DNA of 13,779 nucleotides from a virus: IMG/VR virus record IMGVR_UViG_3300045988_103014, positions 1 to 13,779 of that record; one strand, 5' to 3'. Shown piece by piece: positions 6,370 to 13,719 of this stretch (position 1 is its first letter; each line of letters starts with the position of its first letter). The notes under the pieces were generated by a model. It saw only the letters and a program-made list of their open reading frames with translations, ran no database searches and was not told where the DNA came from. The position numbers and the translations under genes were made by a program.

Positions 6370-6678
6370 ATGTCTTTAATGAAAGTACATTTCGTTGGTG
6401 GGATTAGCGGAGATAGGGTTGAGGTTTCAATCTTTAAGGAAGATAACACTAAGCCTGTGTTTAAGGAAAGTTATGCGTATGGTTATAACGCTGCTTATTG
6501 TCGTGACTATGCAAATGAGAAGTGCCTTTTCATTGGTGACATTCTCAGAGACCTTGTAGAAACCTATTATATCGGCAATGGAGAGATTAAGTATAGCGGT
6601 TACTTAGTATTCCCTCAGAGAGATATGAGAGAAGATGAAGTTCAGCGTCTGGTTGATAAAATTTTGGAGGAAGTGTAA
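6370..6678 (+). CDS. Hypothetical protein of 102 aa
   Basis: TAAGGAGGTCGGTCAGT, then ATG. ORF from the track. Confidence 0.65.
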   Translation: MSLMKVHFVGGISGDRVEVSIFKEDNTKPVFKESYAYGYNAAYCRDYANEKCLFIGDILRDLVETYYIGNGEIKYSGYLVFPQRDMREDEVQRLVDKILEEV

Positions 6679-7058
6679 TGGGATTTGAGTATAGAGCCGT
6701 GGTTGCGGTTGGAATAAAAGTTAGTGTTGAAGAAATATCTGCGGCTTACGATTATCTTTGCCAGCAGTTTGATGAGGACTATGCTGATGAGTGGTATGAA
6801 AAACTCTTTGATGATGAATGGCTTACACCAGTTCAGTATGAATATGGTGAACCTTCTCATTATGTATTTACCACTCCGGACCATGTAACTAAAGTAGGTG
6901 AAGATTGTTATGCTAAGTCTATTGGAGGAATATGGCAGCGACTTAATTACAAGACTTATGAGCCTATTATTCAGGCTTTCAAAGAGGTGTTTGGTCATGT
7001 TGTAGAGCCGGACGACCATCAGGTCGATATTTACCTGGGTCTCGAGCAAGACTTTTAG
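6678..7058 (+). CDS. Acidic hypothetical protein of 126 aa
   Basis: The start overlaps the upstream stop (TAATG). TTGGAGGAAGTG Shine-Dalgarno site. Confidence 0.65.
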   Translation: MGFEYRAVVAVGIKVSVEEISAAYDYLCQQFDEDYADEWYEKLFDDEWLTPVQYEYGEPSHYVFTTPDHVTKVGEDCYAKSIGGIWQRLNYKTYEPIIQAFKEVFGHVVEPDDHQVDIYLGLEQDF

Positions 7059-7086
7059 AGAAAAAGGTCTTAATTGATTTTTTATA
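7048..7086 (+). terminator. Intrinsic terminator, with a bulged stem, overlapping the -35 of promoter P5
   Basis: AAGACTTTT, loop agag, AAAAAGGTCTT, then AATTGATTTTTT. Confidence 0.5.
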
Positions 7087-7102
7087 AAAAAAATGTTATT
7101 AT
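7074..7102 (+). promoter_or_regulatory. Promoter P5: TTGATT-N17-TATTAT plus leader
   Basis: -35 at 7074-7079, -10 at 7097-7102, then ATATATGTAAGATAAAGAAAAG. Confidence 0.75.
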
Positions 7103-7144
7103 ATATATGTAAGATAAAGAAAAGAAGAAAAACAAAGAAGGGAA

Positions 7145-8833
7145 ATGAAGCCGATGCAGATGATTGATAAAATTACTGAAACAGAAAAGAATATGTTTAT
7201 GAGATACCTCGAGAGCTATGCCTATTCTGGTGGTGACTGTGGCGAAATCAAGGCTACATTCGAGCATCTTCTTCGCTTCTGGAATGAGAATAAGGGAAGA
7301 TATTTAGGTCACATTTTCGGAAATCAGCTTATCCTTCAGAAGGAACTCTCTTATGAGAGAAGTAGAGCCGAGCTTGAGGACCAGTTAGATGAGAAGTTTT
7401 ACTCATATTCAGCAAGAGAAACTGCGCCTGGTCGTTTCTATCAGGACTATATCGAGTGGCGTAGCCAGTTCTATGACCGTGATAGCAACAACAGAGAAGT
7501 GTATTATGCTCTTGATGCTCTTATGAGCACAGATGCACTTATCAATAACAGATATGACGGAGAAACTGTGAGCTTTATGGGACCGAACGGTAAAGAAATC
7601 AAAATCCCTCACGGTTGTCGTGCCACTCGTATGATTGGTAAGATTGCTGAAGCCTACGGAATTAAGGGATTTGAAGATTTCCGTATTGCACACTCTATGG
7701 TGTTGAACCAGAAGATGTTAAAGGGTAATCTTTGCATCTCTATCCACCCTCTTGACTATGTAACTATGTCAGATAATGAGTGTGACTGGTCATCTTGTAT
7801 GTCTTGGAAAGAGGACGGTTGCTATCGTCAGGGAACTGTGGAGATGATGAACTCTCCTATGGTAGTAGTTGCATATCTTACTGCGGCTGACAATATGTGG
7901 ATGCCTGGTAACAACTCTTGGAATAACAAGAAGTGGAGAGAGCTTTATATCGTGAATGATGAAATCATCACTAACATTAAGGCTTATCCTTACTGCAACG
8001 AAGAGCTTACTAAAATCGTTATCAAGTGGTTAAAGGAGCTTGTAACTGCATCTGACCTTGGTTGGAAGTATGACGAGAACCCTACTGCTTGGCGTCACGA
8101 TGAGCAGGAATATGTAGAGCGTTTCAAGGAAAAGAGTATCCGTATCTATCCTGAAACTGAGTTTATGTACAACGACTTCGAGGCTAACTGCCAGCAGTGG
8201 TCATATATCGCAGAAGAGTTGTCTGGTGGTACACATTACATCAACTACTCTGGTCAGTGTGAGTGTATGGCGTGTGGTGCTGCAACTGGCAACTTCGACG
8301 GAGAAGGTCGTGTAGTATGTGAGGACTGTGAGGAAATCACATACTGTGATGATTGCGGCGACCGCATCTACGGTGGAGATGACACTTACTATGTGGACGG
8401 ACAGACTATCTGTGAGAGCTGCTATGATAATCATACCTTCGAGGATATGCTTACTGGCGAGGCTCATATGAAGTATAACGGATATGAGGTAGCGATTGCA
8501 CCTGATAAGGACGCACCTTTTGAGGGTTGCAAGTTGTTCTATGATAATGGCTGGAGAGACCGTGGAAATCGTGCGGTAACAGCCGAAGATAGAGGTCATA
8601 CTATCTATAAGGCAATGAGCAGACACATCTACTTCTATGACGAAACTATTGATGAAGCAATGGAGAGATATTCTACTGCAAAGAAACTTCATCAGGTTGA
8701 AGGTAGATATGAGAACCGTTGGATTATCTATTTGAGCGAGGTTACAGAGGAACTTGCAACAGACCTTGGCTACGAATCGCTTGAGGATATGAAGAAAGAG
8801 TTTTATGGCTCAGAGGAGATACTAATCTCCTAA
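7145..8833 (+). CDS. Large hypothetical protein (paralog A, 562 aa) with a conserved LCISIHPLD core and one C-terminal Cys-rich zinc-ribbon module
   Basis: It is homologous along its length to the 11525..12916 product (for example KGNLCISIHPLDYVTMSDNECDWSSC versus EGTLCLSVHPLDFLSTSENNHNWRSC, and NKKWRELY versus SKKWRVLF). The ribbon region reads C-E-C-MACG...VCEDC...YCDDCGDRIYGGDDTYYVDGQTICESC. The start may instead be the ATG at 7154. Confidence 0.8.
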   Translation: MKPMQMIDKITETEKNMFMRYLESYAYSGGDCGEIKATFEHLLRFWNENKGRYLGHIFGNQLILQKELSYERSRAELEDQLDEKFYSYSARETAPGRFYQDYIEWRSQFYDRDSNNREVYYALDALMSTDALINNRYDGETVSFMGPNGKEIKIPHGCRATRMIGKIAEAYGIKGFEDFRIAHSMVLNQKMLKGNLCISIHPLDYVTMSDNECDWSSCMSWKEDGCYRQGTVEMMNSPMVVVAYLTAADNMWMPGNNSWNNKKWRELYIVNDEIITNIKAYPYCNEELTKIVIKWLKELVTASDLGWKYDENPTAWRHDEQEYVERFKEKSIRIYPETEFMYNDFEANCQQWSYIAEELSGGTHYINYSGQCECMACGAATGNFDGEGRVVCEDCEEITYCDDCGDRIYGGDDTYYVDGQTICESCYDNHTFEDMLTGEAHMKYNGYEVAIAPDKDAPFEGCKLFYDNGWRDRGNRAVTAEDRGHTIYKAMSRHIYFYDETIDEAMERYSTAKKLHQVEGRYENRWIIYLSEVTEELATDLGYESLEDMKKEFYGSEEILIS

Positions 8834-8840
8834 GAGCCAC

Positions 8841-8855
8841 CCCCAAGCCTTGGGG
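8841..8855 (+). terminator. GC hairpin (CCCCAA-gcc-TTGGGG) upstream of promoter P6. It is a weak terminator: its U-tract is displaced into TTGATTTTTT about 15 nt downstream.
   Basis: Read from the sequence. Confidence 0.35.
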
Positions 8856-8870
8856 CGAAAAAATCTCAAA

Positions 8871-8899
8871 TTGATTTTTTCAAAAAAAAATGATATTAT
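8871..8899 (+). promoter_or_regulatory. Promoter P6: TTGATT-N17-TATTAT plus leader, then an unusually long 5' leader of about 85 nt
   Basis: -35 at 8871-8876, -10 at 8894-8899. The leader contains AACAATCAACCAATCAAATCAAG (8936-8958), in which CAATCAA is directly repeated. Confidence 0.7.
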
Positions 8900-8985
8900 A
8901 TATATGTAAGAAAGATAAAGAAACAATATCTTAAAAACAATCAACCAATCAAATCAAGTTCAAAAAAGAAAAGGAGAACAGGAAC

Positions 8986-9438
8986 ATGGAAAAGATTACT
9001 AAGAAAGCAATGTATGGCGCACTCGTTAACTTCGCAAATGGTGGAGAGCTTATCGCTGACACTAAGGACGGTCAGGTGACTGTATCTATGGAGCAGCTCG
9101 CTGAGTTTGCTACTCGTGAGATTGAGCTTCTTGACAACAAGGCTGCAAAGGCTAAGGCTGCTGCTGCTAAGAAGAAGACTGAGGGAGATGAGCTTCAGGA
9201 TGCTGTAGCAGCTGCTCTTTCTGATACTGACTTCGAGCCTATCGCAGACATCGCAGAGAGAGTTGACGGCGAGGATGTTACTGTAAGTAAGGTAACTTAC
9301 AGACTTACTCAGCTCGTAAAGAACGGAGTTGCTGAGAAGCAGGAAATCGCAGTACCTACTGCAGACGGTAAGACTCGTAAGATTATGGGTTACAGACTCG
9401 TAGTTGCCGAGGTTGCTGACGAGGTTGAGGAGGCGTAA
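8986..9438 (+). CDS. Hypothetical protein of 150 aa with a codon composition unlike its neighbours. It has two domains joined by a Lys/Ala-rich linker, and the C-terminal part resembles a winged helix; it may bind DNA.
   Basis: AAAAGGAGA Shine-Dalgarno site. It uses GCT/GAG/CTC/AAG-rich codons at about 47% GC, against about 38% elsewhere. A strong terminator follows. The antisense ORF 8941..9561 is a Leu/Ser-rich artefact. Confidence 0.75.
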   Translation: MEKITKKAMYGALVNFANGGELIADTKDGQVTVSMEQLAEFATREIELLDNKAAKAKAAAAKKKTEGDELQDAVAAALSDTDFEPIADIAERVDGEDVTVSKVTYRLTQLVKNGVAEKQEIAVPTADGKTRKIMGYRLVVAEVADEVEEA

Positions 9439-9470
9439 GCCTTCCTCGCCTAGGAATAGAGTGATGAATA

Positions 9471-9510
9471 AGCCCCAGGGGAAACGGATGTCCCCTGGGG
9501 CTTTTAATTT
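9471..9510 (+). terminator. Strong intrinsic terminator
   Basis: Perfect 12-bp stem: AGCCCCAGGGGA (9471-9482) pairs with TCCCCTGGGGCT (9491-9502), 8-nt loop, then TTTTAATTT. Confidence 0.85.
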
Positions 9511-9604
9511 AATTCTAAACTTGTGTTCCACAAGTCTGCTCCGGGCGCCGAGGGGCGTCACATATCGTCAGCTCGAAACGAAAGAGCCTTTTAGAATTTT
9601 TTCG

Positions 9605-9633
9605 TTGAAATTGTACTAAAATTATGTTATAAT
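9605..9633 (+). promoter_or_regulatory. Promoter P7: TTGAAA-N17-TATAAT, a consensus promoter without the ATGTAAG leader
   Basis: -35 at 9605-9610, -10 at 9628-9633, TG at -15/-14. AAAGGAG at 9643-9649. Confidence 0.7.
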
Positions 9634-9657
9634 ATTTTTAGAAAGGAGTAATATGCA

Positions 9658-10449
9658 ATGAAATATAGTTTACATAGTAGAGTAGAAACTGAATATCTCC
9701 AGAAGGCAGATGAAATTAGAGTCGACACTAGAGATTATCGTTCAGTTCCCGATTTAATTGACAAATATCCGGATAAAGACATTGTTCTTGAACTATTCCA
9801 TAAGACAGATATAGATTGGAATGAATTGCGCCGTTGGGGTATTTTATCTCGCGGACACTTGATTTTATGTCTTGATAGACCGGAAGATTTTCCAAAAGCA
9901 ACAGAAATTGGAGTTAAATATTATTTGGGATATCCAGTCGAGTCATTCTATGAAATGAGGGCATTGGTTGACAATGGAGTATGTTGTGTTAATCTTGGTA
10001 TGCCTCTTATTTTTGATGTGAATGAGTTGGTTGACTTTAAGAAGTTCCATCCTGTTGAATTTAGATATTGTCCAACAGTGGCATATTATGATGGATTGCA
10101 TAGAGAAGATGGAGTTTGCGGCGGCTGGATTAGACCGGAAGACCTGGAAATGTATGAGCCAGTACTTGACAGAATTGAGTTTAATCATATTAAAACAGAT
10201 AAAGAGCAGGCTTTATATCGTATTTATGCTGAGCAGAAAGAGTGGCCTGGTGACCTGGGAATGATTATTGAGAACTTTAATCATATCGGCGTAAACCGAA
10301 TGATTATGCGTGAAGTAACCCTGTCTCGTATGAACTGTAAGCACAGATGTCAGACGAAGGGAACCTGCAATATATGCCCTCGTGCCGTGTCTTTGGCAGA
10401 CCCTGACAGGATAAAAGAGTGGCAGTCTAGCGAAAAGATTACCGATTGA
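9658..10449 (+). CDS. Hypothetical protein of 263 aa with a C-terminal Cys cluster (CKHRCQTKGTCNICP)
   Basis: ORF from the track. The ATG at 9652 yields only M-Q-stop, so 9658 is the start. No recognisable catalytic motif. Confidence 0.75.
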   Translation: MKYSLHSRVETEYLQKADEIRVDTRDYRSVPDLIDKYPDKDIVLELFHKTDIDWNELRRWGILSRGHLILCLDRPEDFPKATEIGVKYYLGYPVESFYEMRALVDNGVCCVNLGMPLIFDVNELVDFKKFHPVEFRYCPTVAYYDGLHREDGVCGGWIRPEDLEMYEPVLDRIEFNHIKTDKEQALYRIYAEQKEWPGDLGMIIENFNHIGVNRMIMREVTLSRMNCKHRCQTKGTCNICPRAVSLADPDRIKEWQSSEKITD

Positions 10450-10474
10450 TTTTTATAAAAAATTATTGTATAAT
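10446..10474 (+). promoter_or_regulatory. Promoter P8: TTGATT-N17-TATAAT; it overlaps the stop codon of the upstream gene
   Basis: -35 at 10446-10451, spacer TTTATAAAAAATTATTG, -10 at 10469-10474. Confidence 0.7.
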
Positions 10475-10506
10475 ATATTTAGAAATAAAAGAAAGGTGGG
10501 AAAGGT

Positions 10507-11532
10507 ATGCAGAACTTAAAAGTAGAAGATTATAAGCTGATGAAGACTTTAGTTGGCATGAGTCAAGAAGGTCTAAGACGCACTATGGCTACCTATCTCG
10601 AGAATAAGTATCCTAAGCTAATTCAAACAAAGGATTACTTATACGCAGAGGGCGATATTCCGATTGCTCTCGTTGCGCATCTCGACACAGTATTTGCTAA
10701 ACCAGCAAAAGATGTATTTTATGATAGAGAGCAGGGTGTAATGTGGAGTCCACAGGGTCTTGGAGCAGATGACCGTGCTGGAATATTTGCAATCATTAAA
10801 ATACTTCAGAGTAAGTATAGACCAACAGTTATTTTAACAACTGATGAAGAGAAGGGTTGTTTAGGTTCGGATAAGTTGGTTATTGACTTCCCTGAAGCAC
10901 CTTCAAAACTAAATTATATTATACAGTTGGACAGACGAGGAACTAATGACTGTGTATTTTATGACTGCGACAATGATGCGTTTGTAAAATATGTTGAACA
11001 GTTTGGTTTCATAGAAAATTTTGGTTCATTGTCTGATATTAGTGTAATATGTCCTGAGTGGGGTATGGCAGGAGTTAACCTTTCAGTAGGATATGAAGGA
11101 GAACATTCGGAGACGGAAATACTTCATGTTGGACCTTTGCTTGCGACTATTGAAAAAGTTAAGGTAATGTTATCTCAGCAGGATATCCCGGAATTTCAGT
11201 ACATTCCAAGTCAGTATAGCTGGTATTCAATGTGGAAGAAAGGTTACGGCGGAGCTGGTATATATAGTTATCCATTTGATGACGAGTATACTTGCTGCAA
11301 GTGTAAAAAGCAGTTAACTGAGTATGAAGTTATTCCAGTAGTTGATAAGAATGGAAAAGATGTATATTATTGTGGTGATTGTTGTATAGAGAACATCGAA
11401 TGGTGTGATTTATGTAAAGGCGGTTACGAAGCAACTGAAGAAGATAAGAAATCTAAGCGTCATTTTTGCCCGTCTTGTAAGTCTAAGTCTGCAAAGATAA
11501 AGGGTACAGGAGGCAAACGCAAGGATGTATAG
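10507..11532 (+). CDS. M42/M28-like metallo-aminopeptidase domain (clan MH) fused to a C-terminal Cys-rich zinc-ribbon tail
   Basis: Metal-ligand motifs appear in the clan MH order: LVAHLDTVF (H-x-D), GADDRAGIFAI, TTDEEKG (the Glu-Glu pair), then GYEGEHSE. The C-terminus reads YTCCKCKK...VYYCGDCC...WCDLCKG...HFCPSCKSK. The last 8 nt overlap the next gene. Confidence 0.8.
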   Translation: MQNLKVEDYKLMKTLVGMSQEGLRRTMATYLENKYPKLIQTKDYLYAEGDIPIALVAHLDTVFAKPAKDVFYDREQGVMWSPQGLGADDRAGIFAIIKILQSKYRPTVILTTDEEKGCLGSDKLVIDFPEAPSKLNYIIQLDRRGTNDCVFYDCDNDAFVKYVEQFGFIENFGSLSDISVICPEWGMAGVNLSVGYEGEHSETEILHVGPLLATIEKVKVMLSQQDIPEFQYIPSQYSWYSMWKKGYGGAGIYSYPFDDEYTCCKCKKQLTEYEVIPVVDKNGKDVYYCGDCCIENIEWCDLCKGGYEATEEDKKSKRHFCPSCKSKSAKIKGTGGKRKDV

Positions 11533-12916
11533 TGCAATTAAAGAAGACTTTATGAAGGTAGTGGAATACTCACAAGGTATTCCACAGCCTCATGTTGAGA
11601 AACTATTTGACGACTGGATGGAAGCCAAGAGGGACTTCATTGAAGCCTGGGGTGGAAAGCTCATATATGAGTGGCCGGAAAAAGTTTCATTTGAACTTGG
11701 TGCAAAAGAAAAAGAACTTCGATTAAAGGACTTCTGCACTATGGTTCGTAATACTTATGGTAATTCTGATTTAGCTGACTTTATTGAAGAAAACAAAGAT
11801 GGTTTCTTCTCTAATCAAGTGTTAGAAGATTATGATTATTGCGGCACTAAAGTTCCAAAAGGAATGAAGTTGCTGCGAGCATTTAAGTTTTTTGAAAGTA
11901 ATCAAAGCGCACTTGAAAACCTCCAGAATGCGGCGAGTATGATTATCCAAGAGGATAAAATTGAAGGCACCCTATGTTTATCAGTTCACCCTCTTGATTT
12001 CTTGAGTACAAGTGAAAATAATCATAATTGGAGAAGTTGTCATGCGCTGGATGGAGAATATAGAGCAGGAAATCTTAGTCATATGATTGATAAGGCAACG
12101 ATTATTTGTTACCTTAAATCCAATAGAGAAGAGGTTCTTCCAAATTTTCCAACAGAAGTAAAGTGGAACTCAAAGAAATGGAGAGTGCTATTTTATTTTT
12201 CTGAACAATGGGATATGGTGTTCGCGGGTCGCCAGTATCCGTTCACCACAGAGACTGGACTTGATTTTGTTAAGAATAAGGTCTTTCCAAAAGCTCAGTT
12301 GGGAGAGTTTTCACATTGGACAGATAAGAAGTACAGAGATTTCAAAGAGGGCGATATCGCTACTCATTTCAGTTTTTCATATGTTCCAGTAGTAGATGGA
12401 ATTTTGAAGCTTAATGAGTTGATGATTAACGAGCCAGGTTCTTTACAATTTAATGATGTGTTATCTTCAAGTTGTTATGATGCGCTATATGCATATAGAC
12501 AGCGTGAAGGTTTTGGCGGAATTATATCATATTATCCTTCAATTCATCATACACATTTCAAGATTGGCGGACGATGCACTTGCATGAGATGCGGCAAAGC
12601 CCCTATTGAAATCACAGAGTCGTTTATGTGTAATGATTGTGAATTGGAATATGGTGACAGTGACGACGATATGTTTGCATATTGCCCTTGCTGCGGAAGC
12701 CGATATTTCTATGATGATGGAATATGGGTAGAAGGGGCAGAGGAATGTGTATGTCCTAATTGCGCTGATTCACAAACTCTCGTTTGTGATTGTTGTGGTG
12801 AAAGATATTATAAAGATGACTTAGTTTACAGTAGAAAACATGACGCATATTATTGCGGCTGTTGTGCAGATGATATGGATAATATTCGAGAGAATTTGAA
12901 GGAGGATTTTGACTAA
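11525..12916 (+). CDS. Large hypothetical protein (paralog B, 463 aa) with an LCLSVHPLD core and three tandem zinc-ribbon modules
   Basis: Paralog of the 7145..8833 product. Ribbon modules: CTCMRCG...MCNDC; YCPCCGSRYFYDDGIWVEGAEECVCPNC; VCDCCGERYYKDDLVYSRKHDAYYCGCCA. Translationally coupled at both ends. Confidence 0.8.
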   Translation: MYSAIKEDFMKVVEYSQGIPQPHVEKLFDDWMEAKRDFIEAWGGKLIYEWPEKVSFELGAKEKELRLKDFCTMVRNTYGNSDLADFIEENKDGFFSNQVLEDYDYCGTKVPKGMKLLRAFKFFESNQSALENLQNAASMIIQEDKIEGTLCLSVHPLDFLSTSENNHNWRSCHALDGEYRAGNLSHMIDKATIICYLKSNREEVLPNFPTEVKWNSKKWRVLFYFSEQWDMVFAGRQYPFTTETGLDFVKNKVFPKAQLGEFSHWTDKKYRDFKEGDIATHFSFSYVPVVDGILKLNELMINEPGSLQFNDVLSSSCYDALYAYRQREGFGGIISYYPSIHHTHFKIGGRCTCMRCGKAPIEITESFMCNDCELEYGDSDDDMFAYCPCCGSRYFYDDGIWVEGAEECVCPNCADSQTLVCDCCGERYYKDDLVYSRKHDAYYCGCCADDMDNIRENLKEDFD

Positions 12917-13233
12917 TGGCAAAAGGTGCGATTGCTAAACAGGTAGTAACTAATAAGATTGCTGAGGCGTTTGGTGAAGATTATATTGGTGAAGTTGATA
13001 AGAAGATTTATGTATGGGCGATGGAGAATGGAGAGAAAGTCCAGATTGCATTGGCTTTAACCTGTCCTAAGGTTATGGTTGCGAATGGTGCGGCTCCAGT
13101 TCCAGCAGCTCTTGAAAGTACAGATGGTGGTTTTAACTGGGATGATACGGTAAAACCTGATGCTGAACCAGCAGTTATTACAGCCGATGAAGAGGCTAAT
13201 ATTTCTAAATTGATGGCTGAACTTGGTTTATAA
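12916..13233 (+). CDS. Hypothetical protein of 105 aa
   Basis: TAATG overlap with the upstream gene. A terminator follows at 13243. Confidence 0.65.
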   Translation: MAKGAIAKQVVTNKIAEAFGEDYIGEVDKKIYVWAMENGEKVQIALALTCPKVMVANGAAPVPAALESTDGGFNWDDTVKPDAEPAVITADEEANISKLMAELGL

Positions 13234-13242
13234 GATTGATAT

Positions 13243-13280
13243 GGGGCAGATAAAGATAAACTTCTGCCCCTATTTATCAT
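13243..13280 (+). terminator. Intrinsic terminator
   Basis: GGGGCAGA (13243-13250), 12-nt loop, TCTGCCCC (13263-13270), then TATTTATCATATTTATT. Confidence 0.75.
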
Positions 13281-13323
13281 ATTTATTGTGGAAGCACAAA
13301 CAAAACTTTAAGGAGGTATACCA

Positions 13324-13677
13324 ATGGATTATACTTTGTTAGTCGACGACAAAACCCTTGGCATCACAAGCTTCACAGAGAGTTTAGATGGCAATGGTAA
13401 TATGACATTCAGTGTTACTGCAAACAATATTGATATGTCTAAATCTACATTTACTGGATTGAGAGATATTAGAGAGGCTATTGCAGACAATGAAATTGGT
13501 CTTAAGATTAAAGATAAGACTGGTCATATTGTATGGCAGAGTGATGAGTACGAGCTTTCTAACGCAAACTTTAATGCTAATGAGAGCGGTGTTTATTTCT
13601 CAGCTTATTTTTACATTCCAACAGTAGCAGCTGAAGAGAATGCAAGCGCTGGAACTGTAGCAGCTCCAAACGCATAA
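13324..13677 (+). CDS. Hypothetical protein of 117 aa
   Basis: AAGGAGGTATACCA, then ATG. No dedicated promoter is visible between the terminator and this gene. Confidence 0.6.
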   Translation: MDYTLLVDDKTLGITSFTESLDGNGNMTFSVTANNIDMSKSTFTGLRDIREAIADNEIGLKIKDKTGHIVWQSDEYELSNANFNANESGVYFSAYFYIPTVAAEENASAGTVAAPNA

Positions 13678-13690
13678 GAAAAATTCATTA

Positions 13691-13719
13691 TTGACAAAAT
13701 TAAAAAAATATGTTATAAT
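13691..13719 (+). promoter_or_regulatory. Promoter P9: TTGACA-N17-TATAAT (perfect consensus); it drives a gene that begins at the window edge
   Basis: -35 at 13691-13696, -10 at 13714-13719. A GGAGG at 13760-13764 sits 9 nt before the ATG at 13774, where the ORF runs off the window. Confidence 0.7.

Noticed and set aside
6642-7049. 135-aa minus-strand ORF antisense to 6678..7058
   Set aside because: Same reasoning: antisense to the gene-dense + strand, with an Ile/Leu/Ser/Phe-rich translation.
8201-8692. 163-aa minus-strand ORF inside the paralog A gene
   Set aside because: It is antisense to a well-supported long + strand gene and has no start signals.
8941-9561. 206-aa minus-strand ORF antisense to 8986..9438
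   Set aside because: The Leu/Ser-rich translation is typical of the antisense frame of a GCT/GAG/AAG-biased gene. It would also run through the strong + strand terminator.
9404-9619. 71-aa + strand ORF across the terminators
   Set aside because: It spans the 9471-9510 terminator hairpin and the GC island, is Arg/Pro-rich, and has no ribosome-binding site.
2263-13719. The regularly spaced 45-60 bp repeats, considered as a CRISPR array or an integron attC array
   Set aside because: The 'spacers' are 0.8-1.7 kb protein-coding cassettes, and the repeats are sigma-A promoters (-35, 17-nt spacer, -10) with terminator hairpins. This is not a CRISPR repeat-spacer architecture. No integrase or attI is present.
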